A stretch of 64,000 bases of DNA. Origin: Gekko japonicus (lineage: Eukaryota). The DNA is taken from positions 2,051,129 to 2,115,128 of the forward strand of contig NW_015167529.1 in the NCBI RefSeq assembly GCF_001447785.1, given 5' to 3'. Under the pieces are notes generated by a model that did not search any database, was not told the DNA's origin, and worked only from the letters and a program-made list of their open reading frames with translations. Numbering within the stretch: the stretch's first letter is position 1; the number at the start of each line of letters is the position of its first letter. Positions 1 to 10,100 of this stretch are shown in pieces. The position numbers and the translations under genes are program-made.

Positions 1-230
1 GAAAACTTCCCCCGCTTAATGGAAATGCAAATTTTTTTAAAAAACTGGTTAACAAAAGCAGAGTGAGAAAGAGCCCCTCTAACCAGTCAGCCAATGAAAA
101 TCCAAAAACATAATCAAAACCATTTTTTGCACTACTAGATTTAAAAAAGCAACTTTATAACCTATATATTTGTTTTAATCAGTAGGTAACTGATTGTCAC
201 AGATCTCCCCCGTAGCCAACTTACCCTCCG

Positions 231-486
231 TCGTGAAAACTTCCCCCCGCTTCCTCTCGTGAAAACTTCCCCCCGCTTCCTCTCGGCTCCGCCGGCTGTC
301 CCTGAGTTCCTGAGGACCAAATATGCTCCTCGCGCCTCGTCTCCCAGCGACCTTGTCCCTGGGAGACGAGGCCCGAGGAGTGGTTTTGGCTCCAGTGAGG
401 CCGGGGAGGGGATATTTAAAGAGATCTGCCCGGTGGCGGCGGCGCCCCCCCCCCTGCGAAAACGCTTCCTCTCGGCTCCGCCGGCT
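231..486 (+). repeat. short GC-rich direct repeats upstream of MFSD14A
   Basis: TCGTGAAAACTTCCCCCCGCTTCCTC twice (231-282; partial copy at 1-17); CGCTTCCTCTCGGCTCCGCCGGCT at 274-297 and 463-486. Confidence 0.8.
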
Positions 487-619
487 TCCCCACCAAAAGT
501 TCGCATAGAAATAAACGAAACTATCACTGTAATTTTATTTTCCTCACTATGCAGTCATTTTTGGTATCTTCTTCTATAACCAATCAGCAGTCCCTTTCCA
601 AAAGCTGTGGATAGAAGAC

Positions 620-1013
620 CCCAGCCGCTTCCTTTCCTTCCGGTCACGCCCTGCTTAAGCTAGCGCAGGCGGCGCAACTTCCCTCAACTGCGCTCCGATG
701 AAAAGGGAGGGGGGAGAGAGAGAGAGAGAAAGCCGCCGAAACCTATTGGCTCCCTTTCAACACCGAGTGTGGGTGGAGCTCTGGACTCACGTGGACCGAG
801 ACAGGACCAATCGGGTGATCGCGTGATGCGAGTCTCTCCGGCCGCCGCTGTGGCTGGTGGGTTGTTGTTCTCCCTCCCCTTTGTCAAGATGGCGGCGCCG
901 GCGGGTGCCTGAGAGGAGCTGTTGCTACGAGCAGGAAGCGACGCCCCGGTTGCTGCCGGGAAAGGCTTTCCTGTGCTTCCTTCCCCCCCACGGCCTTTTA
1001 GAAGTATGTTAAA
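620..1013 (+). promoter_or_regulatory. MFSD14A CpG-island promoter / 5' UTR
   Basis: CpG-rich. ETS-like CTTCCGG near 637-643, ATTGG at 745-749 and CCAAT at 807-811 (NF-Y), E-box CACGTG at 788-793, YY1-like AAGATGGCGGC near 886-896; no TATA seen. Confidence 0.75.
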
Positions 1014-1100
1014 ATGACCCAAGCTGGGAAGAAGAAGAAAAGGGCTGCCAACCGCAGCATCCTGCTGGCCAAGAAGATTATCATTAAGGATGGGGGCACG
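1014..1100 (+). CDS. MFSD14A: MFSD14A coding exon 1
   Basis: ATG at 1014; MTQAGKKKKRAANRSILLAKKIIIKDGGT; donor gtgagc. Confidence 0.95.
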
Positions 1101-4100
1101 GTGAGCGGCCTGTGGCAAGGAGCGGGGCGGGGGGAGGGAGAGGAAGCGGCGATAGGCTGGGAATCTTTGGCAGGTGTTTGTTAAGGGGGAAAGGAGGGGA
1201 GACTTGTCGGCATGTTCACGTCCCTGGACGCTTACTTCGCAAATTCCGGACACTTTGGATTGTCATGAGTTTCTCCAGATGTTCCCGGTTCCCAGCGACA
1301 GCCCCTCTCTCTTGCTAAGTTGTCTCTGGGAAGCCGTTGTGCCTGTTTTATTCCTTGCCTGCCTTTTAAAAATATTTCGTTGCCATGTGTACCAGCTTTT
1401 TCTTCTACATACCCGTCTCACAGCTGCCTGTCCAGATGGCATAGTGTGCACTTCATCTTCCAGAGCTGTCGCGAGGTTAAATGTTCTGTAAAATGAACTC
1501 TTCAGGGAATTTTTTTAAGAAGTGAAGCTATTAACAGTCAGCCAGCACATTAGATATTTAGAGAGTGTAGGACACGCATGTTGGAGAGGTAGTGAATACA
1601 GTAGGAGAGCAATTGGGCAGTGTGCAATGGGGTGGTGATGGAAGTAGGTGATGGAAAATAGGTGTCTGACAAGTATAGAGGTGCATCCCTGTTTTCATCT
1701 GTGAAATGTTTGCAGCTGTGCACTAATCTGTGTTTACCTGTTGTGTGGGTCGCAATTAAAATTCCAAGAGAGTTGTAAATTTTTGAGTGTGCTGAGATTT
1801 CTATGCTGCAGATCCTTTGAACAATAACTGGCTTTCCTGGAGGGTTGTTTCAAAAAGGGTTTGAGGTGAAGGAACACTGCAACATCTTGCAACACCCCAA
1901 AGTGGCCTGTAAGTGCATTCTGATGCACATAGCCCTGTTTCTTTTTTGTCTCCAGATTAGTTGGAGGGGGGAGGCAGGACAACTTCACTCTTTTGGGAAA
2001 GTGAAGTTTTGTTTGGTCCCCAGAACCTCCATTTGCTGAACCTTATCTTCGTACCTTCATAAAAGTGTTTCTGTAGTGTGGTGGAAGCACAAGTTGAAGT
2101 TATGGCTGCTACCCCTGATCAGCACGAGTTGAAGTTGCTACCTGCAGTCAGCAAAAGCACAACATAGATTTTCAGATAATTATTTGTAGCTGCCAGAGGT
2201 TTTGCCACCATCCACCACTATTTGTTTATTTTAAAGCTGTATATCCTGCCTTTCTACCATTTAATTCATCAGGGCAGCTTGCAACAATGTTGTTTCCAGG
2301 CCTTACATTAGTGAATGTACATATGATCTGTCACTACAGAACAAGAACAAACTAATAACTCCCTTGTGCCATGTATGATTTCTCCACCAGGAGGCCAATA
2401 ATCTGTCATATTTCCTCAAACGAAGTTCTTTGGTGCTCCTTTTCAAGCAATTGGGGCAAAGAGCAAGTTCTCCCTGGAAGCACCTGTCCACTGTGAACTA
2501 CTGCCAATTGAAGAACAGATAAGGGGTCAGGACACTGGGACAGCAGCGCTTGCTGCATGGTCATGTGGCTTGATCATAGTTAGAATCCTCACAGGCTAGA
2601 TGAAGAAGGGTGCTTGATGAAATTGCTCTTCTCCCTTTATGATCTCACTGGCATTTCAGGCTTCGGTGGTGGTAATGACTGGGCCTTCCCTGGAAGCACC
2701 TAACTAGATAAATCCAGAAACAGCGCCAAGAACAATATACATGTGAGGAGAGTGGGTCAGGGATGTTTCAACCCCCACCCCCATATTTCTTCCTGTAGAT
2801 GTTTGCGTAGTTGTGAGCCTTCCTAAAAGCCTGTGTGGCTGCTGTTGGAGGACTGTTTAATGCAGCATATTTGTTCTGCATGGGTATAGTTGTATTATAG
2901 GAATAAATGTGATCACAATAATTGAACTGCGTTTTTTTTGTTTGTGCATCCATTAGGTATCTGGTGCATTTAATGTACCATTGGTCAGATGCACCAGACA
3001 TGTTCTTTAAAGTGTTATTGTGTTACTTTAAATGCAGCAGCTCTCCACCTGTTGTTTGTTACATACTGAAGGGCTTGAGCAAAGTTAATGTTGATGGCCA
3101 AGAGTACAGCATGACTCTCTGGCACTCAGTTTGAATCTGTATTCATTTTCTTGCTCAGTTCAAAGGTGCTTCAGATTTAATTAACTGCATTTGCCATGGT
3201 CACACCAATTTTTTTATCAAAAATGTTTTGTGTAAAAAGCAGATACATTTTCCTAATAATTGTCAGTTTGATGCATTGCTCATTTTCTGCTGGTGGGAGG
3301 GCATTTCTGTTGAGGGTCTGCAGGGGCAAATTTGCCTATTCCCCTTTCCTGTATTATGCCCAGTGCTGTTTTTGGGAATCCCCTAAACCACAAGAGCTGC
3401 GTTTTGAGTTTGCTGGTATGGTGGGCTGTAGAAAGAGGGTAAAGTACGGAAGTTCTGTTTTACAGCTGTAGTTCTACACGTGGTACTTTGGCTCCAAGCC
3501 GAAGTTGACATGTATTGAACAACTGCAGCCATTCTGAGTTCCCTGATGTGTAACCCTAACTCAATTCCACCCCCCCAGTTGAACCCAAACAGATGATAAC
3601 CAGAAACCAAGCTTGTCATTCTTTTTATCTGAAACACATCTTCACTATTTTGCATGCTAATTTAACAAGCCGCCCTGTATGATTTGTAATTCATTTCATT
3701 GTCTGACAAAGTGTGCATGCACACGAAATCTCACACCTTGAATAAAACTTTTGTTGGTCTTAAAGGTGCCACTGGACTCTAACTTTGTTCTACTACTTCA
3801 GACCAACATGGCTGCCCAGTGCCCACCTTGATCCACTTCTATGAACAGTTAGGGTTACACATCAGGGAACTCAGAATGGCTGCAGTTGTTCAATACATGT
3901 CAACTTCGGCTTGGAGCCAAAGTACCACGTGTAGAGCTACAGCTGTAAAACAGAACTTCCCTACTTTACCCTCTTGCTACAGCCCACCATACCAGCAAAC
4001 TCAAAATGCAGCTCTTGGGGTTTAGGGGATTCCCAAAAACAGCACACGAAATCTCACCCATTGAATAAAACTTTGTTGGTCTTAAAGGTGCCACTGGACT

Positions 4101-7100
4101 CTAACTTTGTTCTGTTCATAGAAGTGTGTGTCTGTGAATCACATTCTGTGTGTACTATGGCAAACACAATTGACCTGAGGTTTGTTGAACCATGCAGTTA
4201 AAATAAGTGGTCAGCAATGCCTTTTTTGACCTGTCATCAGGTCTATGCTAACCGTATTGCCATAATTTTCATTTTATTCAGACCCTCTATGTTTGCAGAA
4301 TGCTGTGCTTAACGTTCCAGAGGAGTAACCACATTAGTCTGTTGCAGCAAGAATAAAGTGGAGTCTAGTGGCTTGTTAAAGACAAAAGATTTTATTCCTG
4401 CATAAGCGTTTATAGCTCCAGCTCCCTCAAATACAATGAATAGTTTTTCATTAGACAGGCGTTTTATGCAGGAAGTACTAAAAACAGTAGGTTCAAGGGA
4501 CCATGACATTCAGAAAGAACAGAGTGAAATGTAATTATGTAAAATTTAAATCAAATGAAGAAAAATGTAGAGGCTATTGGATTAGAGCTGAATTTTACGT
4601 AATTACATTTCATGCTGTACTTTCTTCATTTCATGACCCTTTGAACTTGCTGTCTTTTTCTTTCCACGTCTCCCACCTAAAATGCCTGCACACTGAGGAC
4701 CCACTCATTACATCTGAAGTGTGCTCTAGGCATTAAAACTTATCCTGGAATAAAAACTTGTCTTTAAGGTTCCAATAGAATTGTTAGTGCATAACACTGA
4801 CAACCATGCTTAAAAGCAGACTGAGCACCTGTGACAACCCCAATGACTTTTACAATCTTGCATGTACAATATTGAAACTAACTACATTTGAAGGGCATCT
4901 TGTCTTCCCATGCCACTCTCCAGATACTTTCTAGCTTGACAATGGTAGCTGGTGAGCATCAGACGTAGGGATGTTTGTTTACTTGTATCAGTTTGGACTC
5001 TGTGGTAGCCTCTACCTGTGGTAGTTTAAAAATGCTTAGGCAGCCTGTCTGCAAATCAGTCAACACATTTGTCATGTCTCATCCATTGTGTTCATGATAC
5101 GGTATCTCCTAGATCATAGGTAGTGCGGTCCCTGGGACCAAAGACCATCTGTTAATCTTCATTATTCTTGGCAAGCCAAAGTTGTATAGAGGCTCAGCTT
5201 TTCACAAAGACTGGAACCAGTCATATCAACAGAAAGGGAACACTGGCAGTCTGGTCCCGATAGAGTGACCCTGTAGTTGCCCCATTGACTGTTCAGTATC
5301 TGTTACTAAATACGCAAAGCACTCAGCACAAGTTTGGCCTCACAGCTTCTTGTAGACTAAATGGAGTAATTTTGGTAAAGGGCTGGTTTCTCGCCCAACA
5401 AAAGCATGTACTTGACTGGGTAAGAAATGTATGTATTTTTATGACACCCTTCATCACTAGGGGCTCATGGTAGTCAACAAGGTTTCATTATTGGTTGATA
5501 GATTTAAAACATTTATACCCTGCCTTTCCTTGTATTTCAAAGCAGTTTACAATAATAGTTTAAAACATTTTCAGTTAAAAACTGAACTAACAAACCCCCA
5601 GATCTCTCCCTCCTTCCTTTTTTTACTAGTTCTTTTCTCCTCCATTTTATCATCACAACAACCCTATGAGAAAGGTTAGACTGAGGGAGCAGCTGAACCA
5701 AGGTTATCCAGTGAGCTTCAGTGGTAGAAGTGGGGATCCCACCACTCTGGCCAGTAGACAACACGGGTTCTCCGAAGAAATCAGAAGGAGATTGAGGCTG
5801 GGAAGGGCAGCCATGAGGGCGCTAGAAAAGAAGTGTAAGGATGTGTCACTGATGACCAAGATCAAATTGATTCGTGCCATAGTATTCCCCATTACTATGT
5901 ATGGGTGTGAAGGTTGGACAGTGAGGAAAGCTGACAAGAAGAAAGTAGGGTCCTTTGAAATGTAGTAATGTAGAAAGCCGACAGGAAGAAAGTAGGGTCC
6001 TTTGAAATGTAGTGTTGGGGGAGAGTTTTAGGAATGCCATGGGCCGCCAAAAAAACAAATAAGTGAGTTCTAGATCAAATGAAGCCTGAACTCTCCCAGC
6101 AGGTAAAATTACTAAACTGAGACTATCATACTTTGGTCACATTCTGAGAAGACAATAATGGCCCCGGTCACACGGGCCGGATATCGCGGGGGGGGGGAGG
6201 TGTGGCTGTTTGCCCCGCAGCGAAATAACGCGCGACTACACGATCAGGCGTCCCCTCGTGGTCCCGTCCAGGTCCCGTGGTTAGGGGGGAGGTGCCGATC
6301 ACACGACGCACCAAAGAAGCGGTGCGGTAAATGGGGTTGTGTTTTGCTTTTTTAACCTGAAGTATGCGCATGCCCCGTTGGGTGCATGTGCGCAACCCTG
6401 GAGACTTTGGGGGGAAAAACCTTTTCGCAATGGGGCATGGGCGGGCGCCGGATGCCACCGGAAACACAATCAGACTCCCGCCCTTGCCCCGCAGTTTCCG
6501 GAAACTAGTACCTCCGAGGTACTAGTTTTTAACCGCGCATCTTCAGAGGGAAGCCTCGGGTGAGCCACGGGAGCTCTACGCTTCCCAGATGTGGCGGTGA
6601 GATTGCGCCCAGAAAATCTGCCTATCTTCCGTCGCAGTCGCGTGGCTACTGCTCCGTGTGACCACAGTGTTAGGAAAAGAGGAAGACCCAACTTGATGTG
6701 GATTGACATAAGCAAACAAGCCACGACCCTCAGATTGCAAGACTTGAGCAAGGCATTTTGGAGGACATTAATTCATAGGGTCACCATAAGTCGGGAGTGA
6801 CTTGAAGGCACTTAACACACACACACAAATATTCATGTAGAAGAGGTCCATTGATAGCTACTTGCCATGGTCAAGGTTCCCATTCCTCACATCCAGCAAC
6901 ATCAGTCCTCTGAATACCATTGCTGGGAGGCAGCATCAGGGGAAGGCCTTAGCCTTTGTGCCCTGTTTGTTGGCACTCCAGGGCAACTAGTTGGCTACTA
7001 TGTGAAACAGGGTGCTGGGCTAGATGGACCCCTGGTCTGATCCAGTAGGACTTTTCTTATGTTCTTAAGTTATGCTTTTATATTTCCCCACATTGTTTGC

Positions 7101-10100
7101 TGATTTGGATTCGGTTGTGGTAGACTTGTACTCTTTCTTACAGCTATCTCCCACTTGCCCTTTCTTCATTTACTTCCTGCTCAATTTATTTCTTTTGTTT
7201 AAAAGAATACCAGAGTGCTGTTGCATGTACTGGTGTTGAAAGACAAATATTTTGATGTCATAGGAACTCCAGTTTCAACGGGGGGAGGGGGTCATGATTG
7301 TGTTTCTACGCACCAGCCCATTACAAGATTGTATTAAATTTACAGGTTCATTGGTGTCTTACCAGAGTTTCAGAAACTAAGTACGTTTTTTTTTTTTAAG
7401 TTTCAGAAACTAAGTATGTGTGTGTTTTTTTTAAAGCTTTGGTAATTACCCTTCCTGATCCTTTGAGGCTGGGAGGAATAGCTGCAGTAATATCCCAGTG
7501 GTCATTCTGATCCTTTAATGAGTAGTGTCGGTAGTGTGACCTGTTGCTGTTTTCCCCACCTGGGGAGTAAGTACAGTGGTGCTGAAAAAGTCATAACTCC
7601 CCCTAGTCTTAAAGGAACTGATGAGACAGTTGTAATATTGCCTCATATGCTGCTTATATATGAGATGCTGCCCAGGGCTTTCATAGTTTTCTGCTGTACA
7701 TATCATAACTCTGTGGTAGTCCAGGTGTTTTGTATGTAGAATGCCATGTTTGCTATTTGGCATCTTCACTTTAAAATATCTTCTGTAATGGTGAGGAAAA
7801 TCCTCTGGCTCAGTATAAAGCAGATACATGTAGTACATCTGTGTTGGGTTGTGCTGGTCTTTTCCCCCCTTGGGTAAAGAGAGTACCGTGTGGCTTTTCT
7901 AGTCCTGGCTGGGAAGAGGTGCTGCCACTAGGGTTAAACATCCTGGTGGAGCATGCAAGAGTCTTTATTTATTTATTTATCTATCATATTTATACCCCGC
8001 CCATCCCGCGAACGGCTCAGGGCGGCTAACAAAGCGGTACCATGTACCTAATAATGTTGATTGACAAACATGATGTTACAGCAGTTACGTGATGTTTGGG
8101 CACCCTGTGGTCTATATGAAGGTAGCCCACAGTTTAAACTGTTTCAGAATATTTACATGCATGTTTTTTAAACAGTGCTGGTTCTTGTATGAGAGTATAA
8201 AATGAATGTGAGTACTTAGGTTTTACAAGTTAAAAGGATGCTACTATGGTGTTTTGTCAGTAACTTATTTTCGTAAGAGGCATTAATAAGGAGTCTGTTA
8301 AAATGTGTCTGCCATTTTCCTCTACGGAGTTCTAACTAGTTCTGATGTTTGATACAGTTAATTAGCTCCATCCTGAAAAAGGTAAATTACAGTTATTTAT
8401 TTATTAGGTTCGATTTTAGACCACCCTTCCCTGGGGAACAAGGCTCAGGGTTGTGTACAGTAATACAAATAATAACATTGATACAAAATCTGTATCAATA
8501 AAACCAGTAAAATCCACTAAAACACAGTAAGACCTAACAAGATAATGTTAAGGCCACTGATGAAGCCACTGCCCCGCCAGGGGTGGGGGGAGGAAGACAG
8601 GAGTGCCAGACCAATGGGAACTGTTGCTGCCCTTAACGAAACACCTGGTAGAAAACCTCTGCTTTGCAAGCCTTGTGGAACTGGCAGAGTTCCACCAGGT
8701 TGGGGCCAGGGCAGAGAACACCCTAACCTTGGTTGAGGACCACCAGCATGTTCTTATCAGCCTAGTATAATGCTCTCTGGGGGCTATACCAGGAGAGGCG
8801 GTCCCAAAGGTACANNNNNNNNNNNNNNNNNNNNNNNNNNNNNNNNNNNNNNNNNNNNNNNNNNNNNNNNNNNNNNNNNNNNNNNNNNNNNNNNNNNNNN
8901 NNNNNNNNNNNNNNNNNNNNNNNNNNNNNNNNNNNNNNNNNNNCCCCACCAAAGATAGTACTGTGTCACCACAGCAGAAAAGAGTTGGACCCAGAAGCCA
9001 GAGTAGTTTTATGCAAGAAGAGAAATGGGTCATTATGCCCGCTGCTAGTCTCAACAAACATGTATATATGTGTGTTTTTTCTCCACTTCTACCATAGAGA
9101 GAGAACAAACAAGTGCAGTATAGTTGCAGCAGTTCCAAGACTCCCTCTGGGAAACAGCAGAGTACTCTTTGGATCTGTGTGCTCATTTTCCGAGAAAAAG
9201 AGAGTTCATATGGAGTGGTGGTAGGGTTGCCACCAGTGTTCCCTCTAAGCTGAGTTAGTGTGAGCCAGCTCACATATTTTTAGCCTCCAGCTCACAGATT
9301 TTTGTCTTAGCTCAGGAAGGAGGGCTCCAGAGCAAACTAAGCTATGCAGTAGCCAAATCACTCGCTCACAACTTTAATGCCAGCAGCTCACAAAGTAGAA
9401 TATTTGCTCACAAGACTCCAGAGCTTAGAGGGAACATTGGTTGCCACTGCCAGGGGTTGTTGAGAAGCAACTTTTACTTGTTGAAGGTAGCTATGCAAAT
9501 GTCTGATTACAAACCCAATGCATGGCTCAGTTCAATATGTAACCCTGGGATACAAATCTCAAGGCTTTGCATTTCTTGTATTGTAGAGGACAGAAATAAT
9601 AGTTCCCCATTTGTGTTTAGTATAGACATCTGCATCATGCTGTGATGCTTGTAATGCTGTTTGAATAATTTAAATCCTCTAGCAGTTAAGGTTTCCCCCA
9701 AAAAAACATGTTTTATCTTCATAATCATAATTCAGTGTGGCCTCTTGCAAAGTTTATGGAGAAATAGAATATGGGGGAAGACCCTAATTTCTCACAAGTG
9801 AGCCTTCTCCTCTTGCAATTCCTAGCAATATGAATAGTGCAATGATATAAGTAGCTTGCCTCTGTAGTGCATTCCTAAACTTAATGTATTATTCCTATCC
9901 AGAACATTGGCATTCATTTAAGTGGGGGCCTAACCTTGACTACGCAATGTGTTGTTTCTAGGTCCACCCTCAGGACTGTCAAGCAGACATGCAGTGGGAG
10001 GTGTGCACGGGCCTGATTTGGATCAGGACTACTGCATGCAGCGGGAGGGGTGCTGAAGCCTCCCCCCCCCCCAATGTTATTTTCCCAACCTAAAACAGCC

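Noticed and set aside
231-486. CRISPR-like repeat array
   Set aside because: Eukaryotic context, only 2-3 irregularly spaced units, no unique equal-length spacers or cas genes.
788-820. ER-stress element (CCAAT with CCACG) in the MFSD14A promoter
   Set aside because: Spacing fits neither ERSE (CCAAT-N9-CCACG) nor ERSE-II (ATTGG-N-CCACG).
162-1491. Long ORFs over the MFSD14A promoter (e.g. 684..1253 -, 189 aa)
   Set aside because: GC-rich CpG-island sequence depleted of stops; low-complexity translations with no recognisable domain.
3383-4025. Two near-identical ORFs on opposite strands (LGLHIRELRMAAVVQY...)
   Set aside because: A by-product of the 199-bp inverted repeat, not a gene pair.
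7366-7416. Short tandem duplications (AGTTTCAGAAACTAAGTA twice; similar at ~5933-6013 and ~41604-41645)
   Set aside because: Ordinary slippage-type micro-duplications with no further structure.
8548-9273. 241-aa ORF
   Set aside because: Spans the 129-N gap and joins L2 and MITE sequence.
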